Notes under the pieces: model-generated
The model's input: only the letters and a program-made list of their open reading frames with translations
Databases searched by the model: none
Told to the model about the DNA's origin: nothing
Made by a program: the position numbers and the translations under genes
Shown: piece after piece, positions 11,309-22,583 of the stretch
Layout of the letters: every line of letters starts with the position of its first letter
How positions within the stretch are numbered: position 1 is the stretch's first letter
DNA from: Octopus vulgaris
Lineage: Eukaryota
DNA: 64,000 nt
Direction of reading: 5' to 3'
Assembly (NCBI GenBank): GCA_951406725.2
Contig: OX597824.1
Span: 72,664,001 to 72,728,000, forward strand

Positions 11309-14300
11309 AGTAGAAGACTTAGGTTTACTAAAGAGCTACCTACAATAAGCAATGTAGGACAGGGAATTCTAGAGACAAGAGGTTGATGGTATTTATCTGC
11401 AGACAACATGGTAGGTAGGTAGGTATTACCAGGAATGACGGTAACACTAATAATTACATCTCAGTAACAAGATCAATACATAAATACCATTCAGAGCATG
11501 TGCTTGTTTCTTATCCAAGTGGTTTTGAGTTCCGTTTCCCTGGAGAGCACTTTGGGCATGTGTTTTCTACTACATGCCCCAAGTTGGCCAATACCTTGTA
11601 AATAAAAAAAAAAAGTCAAAAACTGTACAGAAGCCTGTTGCATTATGTAAATGTGAGTGTGTGTTGTTGTTAAGCAACAAGACGGGTAAGGATGATTAGG
11701 TGATGGTCTAGGGCTTAGGGACGGGAGACCCCAGACCTTGGCGGAGGAAAAGAAAAAAAAACTTTAGTCGTCTTGTTGTAGTCGAGGGCACTTCGTTGAC
11801 GCCTGACACGATTGGGAGGTGCCCTCAAAGTCGTTGGAAATGGAGATCTCCAGGTCCAAATTCTTGAACGGCTGAGTGTATGTGCGATTGCATGCACAGA
11901 CCTTGTGATACTTTACATTTTGCACTTCATGCAAAAATATACTAAGCTAGAAAAGGGAATATTTACTGACATTTGCCAACAAATGGCTCACTAGCCCAGC
12001 ACTTTTGAAACCAATAGAATGAAGAACCCCTTACTTTGCATATGTGTGTGTGTGCGTGTATGCACGTGCTAATGAATGAGCTAATGTACCAGTGCTACAA
12101 CAGTGCCTTCTATGACACATCAAACTGAGTAAGACAAAATTCCATCTCTCACCAGCCCTCCTCTATCAGCGCCACCCCACCCCACATGAAGCCCTTTGAA
12201 CAAACTTCTTTCCTGGAATAAAAAAAAAATTTCTTCAATGTTTACACTTTACTAAACACCACCAACCTACATAACACATCCAAACTAGACATCAATCACA
12301 TCAACTTTGTCAGACAGGGACTATCTGAAAAGAAAAAAAAAGGGGGGCTTTGGGCACTGCCTCATTTTCATTAGACTGAAATGTAAAAGAAAAGATTACA
12401 TCCACACACATTCTCTTCTTAGATTTTTTTCCATTATTTTCTTTTACCACAGTCAAAGAAAGAGCAACATCCCTGGCCCTTTTGTTTTCCTTCCACTGGA
12501 CCCCTGAGACTGGTAAGTGGAAGGGAGGAAGTTATCCCCAAACCAGAGACCTGTCCTGAATGTTAGACTGAACTCTAATAAAAGCATCCAAGGAGCAGAT
12601 GATGGTGTAAAACTAGGCAACAGATGATGACTACGATGCAAATACAATTCAAAGAGCTGGAACAAATAAATACAAGACATATCATTAGATGCTGCAACAA
12701 TTTGCAGGAAAGGTTGATTTTGGTAGGATTTGAACTCAAGAGTTGGGACCAATACTGGAAAGTATTTTGTCTTATACTCTAACGACTGTCATTTTGTCAC
12801 CCACAATGAAACAGTAAAATACAGCACCAGTGTACAGATACAGGTGTCTGACAGGAGACATTGTAAAGTAATATTAAGTGTAAACGGAAAGACCGTTGTT
12901 CAATATACGACTCTGCCTATCTTGTTATGTAAGCGGAAGCTATATTTGACAAGATATAATTCAGAATTTAATTACTGAACACACTGAAATTAATCTACAT
13001 ATGTAGTCAGTATTTCAATATATTTTGTTTAAAAATGATTTTAACCGTCATTTGCAAGAATGATCTGGCATAGCTGCCTATGTAGTTGTGAGTAGATAGC
13101 CATCCCTTTGCCCCAGTTGAACATCAAAGAAATGCTGGATGGAAGAAGAGAGGGCTGGGCAGTACCAGAAGTCAGCTGAGGAGACTGGAACCAAGTGAAA
13201 TATTGTTCCTTGCTAAGGGACACAATGTGCTGTTTGGACCAGGAATTGAACTCATGACTTTATAATAAGCCTGTCATCCTAACCACTCGGCCACGCACTT
13301 TCACATTTAGTACTGTCAAGTATTAATTATAGTTAATATCTCAAACAAATTGGAATTGTTATGTAACTGTGTGAACACATCGTTACTGAATTTTGTTTTC
13401 AAATTGGACTTCATTTGTTAGCTTGCCCGATAAATGACACTGAATGCACTGTAAACTTAATAACATAAGTAACAAAAATAATTTTAAAAAAACGGAATTA
13501 TCTATACTAGTTAACCACTGAAGCGAAAGAAAATTTAAACCTCCAAACTTCACTAGTTTCTGACAGAGAAGAACAGATAAATATGCTACCCAGTAAGAAA
13601 ACAAAACAAAACCGAAATAGTGGCACCTAATTTTTTTTTTTTTCTTTTTTTGGCTGGTCTGATGTCGAATGGAAAAATGATTGGTAGCAGTGCACAGAAA
13701 TTAGTGAGAGGAAGAGAAGAGGGGGAAGAGAATGGATTACAGCAGTGACTAATTCAATAACAATAGTGAGAGTGTGTAGTAATTGGCATATATGACTAGC
13801 AAAATGCAGTAAATACTATTTCAAAGCAAAGCTTGGAAGAAACCACCCCACCACAAAAAAAAAACCCAATTATTTTAAACAAAGACACACACACACACAC
13901 AAGATCACATGTGCATGCATGAGTACATGTTCAGCACAGACAGACAAAAGCTGGTGAAGTAAATGATGGCTGGTTACATTGTTAAGGAAGTATAGTTATG
14001 GCATTTAACCAAAACATAAAAGGAGTGTTTAGATTTAAAAACAAAAGTGATATTTGTGAGTTGACAGTGGGGACTTAAGAAAAAAAAAGCTTCACAGTGA
14101 CACAGCACAATAGTGGCCATTAATGCAGATATCCAATCACCACACAGTCATACACAGACATCCTGGCACTGGGCAGACACTCCAGTCCTGCATAGACAAG
14201 CCTCCAAGCAACATGCAGAAGGAGACTCATTCCAAATTCATGTCATGCTATACTGTTGTGTGGTCCCTTCCAACTATTTCAGATCTATAGATCATCTCGA

Positions 14301-14689
14301 TAAGAAGCTTGCTTCCCAATCACATGATCTCCAGTTCAGTCCTACTGTGTGGCACCTTGGGCAAGTGTCTTCTATTATGACTGAGCCAATCAAAACCTTA
14401 TGAATGGATTTGAAGGGCCGAAACCAAAAACCCGTTATATATGTGTGCACATGTGTACATTTTAGTCTCCTTGTCTTAACATCAGATGTCCCTTTTCCAA
14501 AACATGTCTGGTCATGGATAAATATGACCTTATGTGGAAACAGATGATGTTTGGTAACAGGAAGAGCATCCAGTAGTAGAAAATCTGCTTCAACAAATTC
14601 TGTCCAAGCCATGCAAACATGGAAAAGTGGACATTTAAACAACGATAATGATAATAATGATGATGCAATCCAATATTCCTTTTTCTTAA

Positions 14690-14911
14690 CCCTTTCGATA
14701 CTAACCCGGCAGAAACCGGCTCTGTCTCTGTAGTACAAATGTCTTGTTTTCATAAGTGTTGAATTAAAATCTTCCACCAAACCTTAGTCACAATTTATGT
14801 TCCTAATACTAGCTGAATGAGAACTAAGTTATTTTACTAAATTCTTTTGTTATATTTAAATTAATTGAAAGAAACACAGAGCATCTCAAAATAAATACAG
14901 TAACGAAAGGG
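14690..14911. mobile_element. piggyBac-type MITE family 2
   Basis: TTAA|CCCTTTCGATAC...GTAACGAAAGGG|TTAA. Related copies at 36797-37015, about 25130-25340, 48770-48985 and 56066-56610. Confidence 0.85.
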
Positions 14912-15699
14912 TTAAGGCAGTATGATGTAGTCTAGGGGAAATCTAGGTACTATTTCAAGCTAGTTAGCAACATGTAAGCACATAGCTGTTGCCAGAGTTC
15001 ACTTTATGATTCTACAAGTCAGAGTCTAAAGTCGGAGTAAGGGGCAGGGCAGCGGATTGAATTAAACGACTCTGTACCTACCCTGCCCTACCTCCATGAG
15101 TCAATTTATGATGTCACCTGTTAACATTGTTGGATTGGCTTCCACTACCATCCTGGAAATAATGGTTTCCTTTAACTAATCATAATCAGGCCCATGTAAA
15201 GAGGAAAAAAAACAAATTCCATCTTAAACCAAAAATAAGACTTACTAATCATAAATATTAATAATACCTAAATGCTAGTAATCTTTTTCCTCAAAACCAC
15301 AAATGAGACAGATGTGGCAGCTGAGTATTACTACTACTACTAGTAGTAGTAGTAGTTTTGCTGACTTTCCTGGCTACAAAGTTTAGCTAACAATGAAATT
15401 AACACTTTCCACATCATGGCTGCCAGACCAAACTGGCAAATGGCTTCACACCCCGTAGCTGCTGAACAGAACCCGTAAATAGCTGTGAACACTTTTTTCT
15501 GACAACAGCTACTGTATGGACAGACACACTGATGATACTGAATAAACGGGTATTATATACATATACAGTACATGTCTATATATTAATACATACAAGATTA
15601 TTGATGAACTATAGCTAAAACTAAAGTTGCTACACAGATACGGTACCAAGATATAGCAGCTATGTAATATGAGCTAATGACAGAGACTCAGTATAGTCA

Positions 15700-15885
15700 T
15701 TCAACTAGCTAGAAGTAACAACCAAACCACCCTCAAATTATACTATATTTAAAAAAGAAAAAAAGGAAGCATTGCATAACAGTCCTAAATACAAAAAAAA
15801 AGTGGTGGGGGAGGTCATAGCTGAAATACCTCTGAGCATAGGTCAGTCACCTGGATGAAGGTTGAGGTGGGGCTAAACAGCATCA
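15700..15885. repeat. Old, highly diverged interspersed repeat (representative copy of about 15)
   Basis: Consensus-like GCTAGAAATAGCAGCCAAAT..CCTCAAATCACAC...GGTCATRGCTGGAATRCCTTTGATCATAGG...GGGCTAAACAACAAC recurs near 2530, 19950, 23230, 24400, 33150, 34890, 38380, 40680, 40900, 44160, 46530, 51830, 52840, 55900, 56770 and 58950. Confidence 0.65.
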
Positions 15886-16886
15886 ACTCTTATATGATAC
15901 CAATTGCACACTTAATAATTTTACACTGACAGTCTGAAATGTGAGAAGAAGGAACAGCCGCATCTATTTCTATTATTTCATTGGTATTTATTTTATCGAC
16001 CCCAAAGTTGGCAAGGACAGGATTCCAACTCAGAATGTTGTTCTGCTGATTTTAAAATATCCACCATTGTCACCATTTTCCTAACATCCACTTTTCCTTG
16101 TGAGATGGGTTTTTTTTTTTTTTTAAATTTATTATTGGGGCAGATTTTCTATGGTCAGTGCCTTTCATGTTGTCAACCCATACCCGTTTCCAAAGAAGGA
16201 AATATTTCCATATAGCCAGACATTTTTTCACAGAATATTGGAAACGAATGACACTGCTTGTACAACAGTGATATGCATTTAAAATTATCACACAATGTCA
16301 AGACAAGGAGACACAAACATCCACACACACACAACAAGCTACTTTCAGTTTCAGTTTACCACATTCACTTACAAGGATCTCGTCAGCCCAGGGCACAAAA
16401 GAAGACACTTGCCCAAGGTGCCATGCAAGAGGACTAAACTTGAAGCCATGTGGTTGACAAGCAAACTTTTTAACCACACAGCCATACCTATGCCAAATGA
16501 TTTTTAATAATAATCTTATTTAGTCACAAGGACAACAAAAATATAACAAATTTTTCAGAGACACCACATAAAAGACAAGAAAAGCTCAAACTACAACAAA
16601 CAAGTATCAATCATTGACTACATTAGATTAAATCAACTATACCCCTCCCATGTAAATCTTGTCACCATGTATTATTTTAAGTAATCATCAGAATAATAAG
16701 TATTAAGTCAGCAGTGTATAATAAAAATCAGTAGAGCATCAAGCAAAACAGCTTGCAGTGTTGTACATCTCAACATTCCTCACTTCAAATCCTGTTGGGT
16801 CCTCAACTACACCTTTCATTCTGATAATGTCAATTTAAGTACCCATGGATATACATACACAAACATACACTTACTAGGTAGTAAGT

Positions 16887-17157
16887 GAAGGCACATGGCC
16901 AAGTGGTTAGAGCAGCGGACATGCGGTCAAGGGATCGCCGGTCCGAATCTCAGACCGGGCGATGTGTGTGTTTATGAGCGAAAACACCTAAGCTCCACGC
17001 GGCTCCGGCAGAAGGTAATGGCGAACTTCTGCTGACTCTTTCGCCACAACTTTCTCTCACTCTTTCCTCCTGCATCTTGCAGCTCACCTATATGCCAAGA
17101 AACTGGGAAACCAGCCCTTATGAGCCAGGCAGGGCTCGAGAAGTAACAAACAAACAA
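16887..17157 (+). mobile_element. tRNA-derived SINE family D (tail type 1)
   Basis: GGCACATGGCCAAGTGGTTAGAGC...CCGAATC head and (AAAC)n tail. Perfect 14-bp TSD ACTAGGTAGTAAGT at 16873-16886 and 17158-17171. Confidence 0.9.
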
Positions 17158-19299
17158 ACTAGGTAGTAAGTATACTTTTCCTTTCACCCCTCCCTTTTCA
17201 CCCAGTTTCACATAGACCTCCACACACTTTGTAACCTGTCTTCGTAATGTGCCTTTCATTCAACATCCTTGTATCAAATATATCATTTATATTGCTATTA
17301 TTATCATTATTAGCTGACCACGAGCCATCAATAATGACAGCTAATTGCAGTATTTTATATAAAAATAAGGTGCATAATAATCACATACAAACATTCACAT
17401 ACTTCCCTTGTACACACACATACTCACACAGAATTGAAAAGCTGATTTTCACCCCTTCCTTCCTCTCATTGCTATTACTTTTTCTCACTCCCTCTCAGTC
17501 AGGACTATTACTCTCACTACTACTCCTTCACTGAATTACTATTTTCTCTCCTCCTCCATATCCGGCGTGATTCTGGACAAATATATATATACATACACAC
17601 ACACACACACAAATATATATATAAACACTATGTTTGTTATTATATTAGGAGATTAGAATTGTTAGTATGCCTGACAAAATGCTAAACAGCATTTTACCTT
17701 GTCTTTATGCTCTCAGTTCAAATGCTACCCAAATGCTACCAAGGTTGAATTTGCCTGTCATCCTTTCAGGGTCAATGAAATAAGCATTAGTTGAGCACTG
17801 GGGTCAGTGTAATCAACAAGCCACTACCCCAAAAATTTCAGGCTTTATGCCTATAGTAGAAAGGATTAATGAATCATCAGCACATCAGGCAAATGCTTTG
17901 TGGAATTTTGCCTGTCCTTAGATTCTGAGTTCAAATTCCCCCAAGATCGACTTCACCTTTCATCCTATAAATTAAGTACCAGTTGAGCACCTTGAAATTG
18001 CTGGTCTTGTGCTAAAACTTGAAATTATAATTATTATTCAACATTTTCAAGTGAGGATGGAGAGAGGTGCTCTCTTCCAGTGAAATTATCAAGAAGTAAG
18101 TGACTATGGCAAAAATAGGGTGAATGGAACTACTCTGAACATGCATCTTTGAATTGGAGAACAACAGTTGGGTGAATGCTCATGCCTTTGGTATTCAAAG
18201 ATGATTTTGGATCTGTGGAGTTCCTTGAATGGATCTGGTTGGAGAACTGCATCATCCATTTATTCACATATTTTGTACACTGTATACTTTCCATCTTAAT
18301 TCTTCCCCCACTTGTATTAAACACCTGATTTTATGTAAACCCCACTATACAAAAATTTACAATTTGTAATGCTCATCTTATCTGATGTCTCTGTGACAAA
18401 CAAAAGAAATTATTGTTAACCACATTGCTGTGCAGTAAGATCATGTCTGGGGCTTCATGGTTACAGAGTAACTTCTTAATTGACCATCACCATCATTTAA
18501 TGTCTGTCTCCCATGCTGGCGTAAGTTGGACAGGAGCTGGCAAGCCGGAGGACTGCAACAAGCTCCACTGTATGTTTTAGCATGGTTTTAATTGTTTGGC
18601 CATAATGTGCCCATGTATGTGCATAAATTACATGTATAGCATTGTAGGTGTAGGGTTCACTTTCCAACCACAGGTTCAGTCCCACTGTCTGGCACTAAGT
18701 GGTTATCTTTTACCATGGCCATGAGGTGACCAATATCTTGTGAATAAATTTGAATAGACAGAGGCTGCAAGAAATGTGTGAAAGTTTATGATCTGCACTG
18801 AACCATAGCAACAAATGGTGATGTAATCATTTGTAGCTGAGCTGCAGCTGATGAGGTTGATATTTCTTACCCTCTGGAATAAAAAAAAAAAAAAAGCTTA
18901 GAAAAATAAGGGTTGACACCAGAAAGAGAATATGACCATAAAAATCCTGCTTTAAATATCTTCCTATTAAAGCCAAGCTAACATGGAAAAACAGATGTTT
19001 GACTATTATTATTAACCAAGCTGACAGGATTATTAGTGCATCATCATCACTCAATTTTCATTTTCCAAACTGGCATGGGTTGGACAGTTTTAAAGAAGCT
19101 GGCAAGCCAGAGAAATACATCAGGCTCCATTTGTCTGTTCTGGCGTGGTTCCTATGGTTATATGCTCTTCCTTATGCCAACCACTTTACAGAGTACTTTT
19201 TTCGTGGCACCAGCACAGGTGCTTTTTTTTTTATGTGGCAACAGCAGGGTCACCAAGTAGCATGTAAGACAAAGACCCTCCAACTGAGAAAGGGAGACT

Positions 19300-19428
19300 G
19301 ATCTTCTCCAATACAGCAAACTGCCACAGATCAAGGTCCCTTGTCATCTCCTCTGCGAGGCTCAACATTCGAAGATCATTTCTCACCACTTTGTTCCATG
19401 TCTTTCTGTGTCTACCCCTTTTACAGTG
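19300..19428 (-). mobile_element. RTE-clade LINE C-terminal fragment
   Basis: CKRGRHRKTWNKVVRNDLRMLSLAEEMTRDLDLWQFAV matches the RTE C-terminal RGRP.KTW...V..DL......DR..W motif. Confidence 0.75.
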
Positions 19429-20131
19429 CATCAGACAAAATGCTTACCAGCATTTTCCCCCACCTCTTTACATTCTTAGCTTACTGCTGAGGTCAACCAT
19501 TTCAGGGTCAACAAAATAAAGTACCAATGAAATACTGAGGTCAATATAATCAACTAACTGCCACCACCCACTAAAATTGCTGACCAACCAAAATTTGAAA
19601 GAATTATTAAGTTAGTGAAGAAAAGTCAAACTCCTAGGGTATACAAGAAACAGTAATTTTTTTTTTCTTCTTCTTCCTTCTACTTTTTAATAGTTCAAAC
19701 CTTGCTTCAGTCATTTTTACCTTTGTCTCAAGTAAATACCAGTAATACATGAGATTTGATTGTATCCCATTATCGATAAAAACTGGACTCACTCTCAATT
19801 AAACATTAACACTTGAAATCATAAGGAATAAAAAGAGTGAGGTATGTGTGTATGCAGTAGGGAGCTTTTATCTTATTTCTCTAGGGTTGGCTTTACACAC
19901 ACTTCGTAAAAAAAATTAAAAAAAAAAAGATGGTGGGGAAGTCCCTATACAGCCACTCAGTCTGCTAGAAATGGCAGCTCAAATCTGCTTCATAGTATAC
20001 CATATCATCTTAAAATATAAAAAAAAAAACAGTTGATAATGTAATCATAGTGCCTGGAAAGAAATGGGGGTGGTCATAATGGGGAATACCTTTGATCATC
20101 GGTACTCATTCAAAGCTTAATGGGGCCTACA

Positions 20132-20338
20132 CGAGCTTTCTCCGTCCGGGTTGCGGATCCGTGGAACAAGCTGCCAGACAAGATGGTGAAGATGCCGACG
20201 ACCGCTTTGTTCAAAGCCTCCCTGGACCTCAAGTGGCCTGAACTCTTTACATGAACACCACCCTGTACTTAACTCCATGTCCCCCTACATGGCCTTGCTA
20301 TTTGCTTTTGAGCCAAATTAACTAACTAACTAACTAAC
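20132..20338 (+). mobile_element. 5'-truncated CR1-like LINE 3' end
   Basis: AFSVRVADPWNKLPDKMVKMPTTALFKASLD...* (20135-20254) is the CR1 ORF2 C-terminal FSxRV..WNxLP...FKxxLD motif. Short 3' UTR and (TAAC)n tail. CpG-rich, so probably young. Confidence 0.9.
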
Positions 20339-20706
20339 ATTAACAACTATTAATAGTATGGAACAAGACCTAATGTCTTCAAGAAACAATATTGAATGAA
20401 TGGTTAAAATCTTGGACTAGTTAGTAGTGGTCCAAAGTTTCCAAGGTTCAAATTCAATTTCTCTCTCTACTTTTTAGCACAAAGAAATAGAACACAGGTG
20501 GGTGCCTAGTTCACTCATTCTCTCTCCCTTTCCTATTTTAGAGTTGAGCCAAGCTGTCAGATGCACTCAGCTGTGAAACACAGCTGCTATGATTCTTTTC
20601 ATATTACCATAATTAACACAACAGCCCCTGAACCATCTTGATTATATAAAAGCATCAGTTGTATATATCGGTTATACATAAATATACATACATACACAAG
20701 CATGTA

Positions 20707-20739
<33 letters not shown>

Positions 20740-21269
20740 GTCCATAAGTACAGAAAAACACATTGAATATTACATCTTTTATTGTCTACATAACAGAAAA
20801 AAACCAAATTTCCTATCCTTCCCTACAGCCAAAATAGTTACTACTACCACTAAGATCTGCACCTGTTGTTAGCTTCACCTGGGCTCATGTAAACAGCCTC
20901 TATGCTTGTTGCAATGCCCCCACAATTAACCAGGCATCAATTTGCATGCAATGCACATAAAATCAACAAACAGAAAAAAAAAACAACGGAACCAAGTGTC
21001 AACTAGACCAATATTCTTTGCTTAACACGTGTATATATATGACAGTAAGAAATTCTCGTAAGTCCTTGTGGCTAAATGTCTTATATACACAAATACACAG
21101 AACACTAAATATACACTCACGCTGAAACAATACACAAGCAATGCATAGAAAGAAAAATTCAGCTACTGTTCTGAAAATAACAGTAGGTGTACTATTAACA
21201 GAGTAACAACTTGTAGTCAGCAGAAGTATGTACTTGACAACATAACAACAGCAGCACAGTTTAACCTAC

Positions 21270-21450
21270 CTTTCATGGTGGAAGCTGACCAACCGGACCT
21301 GATGCTCAAGCCTAACAGGAGGCCTCTCAATACAGGAGCAGAACTCCAACAACATCCTAACCCATCGACAGGCAACAGACTTTTGGTGACTACAAGAGTC
21401 TGCTTAAGTTTACCTCTGACTGTTTTCTCTCTCTCACTCTCTCTCTGGTA
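21270..21450 (-). other. Candidate alternative first exon ending in start codon (M-K-, phase 1)
   Basis: Minus strand TTCCACC-ATG-AAA-G|GTAGGT gives an optimal Kozak context and donor in unique sequence, preceded by a (GA)n tract. The 5' end is uncertain. Confidence 0.45.
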
Positions 21451-22159
21451 CAGACAGACACACATGTTCACAAACATACACAAAATGCCCTGAAACTACA
21501 AGGGATAGAGGATTACTAAAATATTGTCAAAAAAATTACAAAAGCCAAGCTGCTTAAGTAACTACATGGATAAAAATAAAAGTATTATTATTATTACGAC
21601 TGAGGCTATGAATACAATAAACCACGCACGCACACACACACACACACACAGCTTCAGTGTCAATGTGCAGCAGAGTGTGTGTGTATGTGTGTGTGTGTGT
21701 GTGTGTGTGGAGAGTTAACGTTAAGCTCATTATTAGTACTATTATTATTTATTATTATCATTATTGACAAGGGATGTTTAGTAATAAAAGATCTTTTATG
21801 TTTTAGAACACAGTCAAATAAGATTAAGGACAGTTCTTAATCTTCAACTTTAACAGCAGCCACAATAGCTTTACTGCGAGCTGTTAGAAGAAAAGCAGCC
21901 AAATCACCCACAAATTACACTGAGAAGTCTTTAAACAACAACAACAACAACAATAATAATAATAAACAAAAACAAAGGACATTATGTTAGGAACATAGAA
22001 AGTTTCTTAGAAGAAGCTATGATGGAGGGTTTTAATCAAAATATGAATACTAAACATGCAATTTTTATGTCACAGAATCGGATGTAGTTTCAGGTGGTTT
22101 ACAATGAAGAGTTAACCAAATTATCATCATCATTACCACAACCAAGTTAGTGATATAGA

Positions 22160-22545
22160 GGAGGGGAAGCACTCCGTCGGTTACTAAGACGAGGGTTCTG
22201 GTTGATCCGATCAACGGAACAGCCTGCTTGTGAAATTAACGTGTACGTGGCTGAGCACTCCACAGACACGTGTACCCTTAACGTAGTTCTCGGGGATATT
22301 CAGCGTGACACAGAGAGTGACAAGGCCGGCCCTTTGAAATACAGGTACAACAGAAACAGGAAGTAAGAATGAGAGAAAGTTGTGGTGAAAGAGTACAGCA
22401 GGGATCACCACCATCCCTGCCGGAGCCTCGTGGAGCTTTAGGTGTTTTCGCTCAATAAACACTCACAACGCCCGGTCTGGGAATCGAAACCGCGATCCTA
22501 CGACTGCGAGTCCACTGCCCTAACCACTGGGCCATTGCACCTCCA
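22160..22545 (-). mobile_element. tRNA-derived SINE family D (tail type 2)
   Basis: Minus strand GGAGGTGCAATGGCCCAGTGGTTAGGGC...GGTTTCGATTCCC head. Shares the AAGCTCCACGAGGCTCCGGCAG body with the 16887 and 44810 copies. Confidence 0.85.
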
Positions 22546-22551
22546 TTTGTG

Positions 22552-22583
<32 letters not shown>

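Noticed and set aside
14292-14780. 162-aa ORF
   Set aside because: Runs across a MITE and two SINE remnants; chance read-through.
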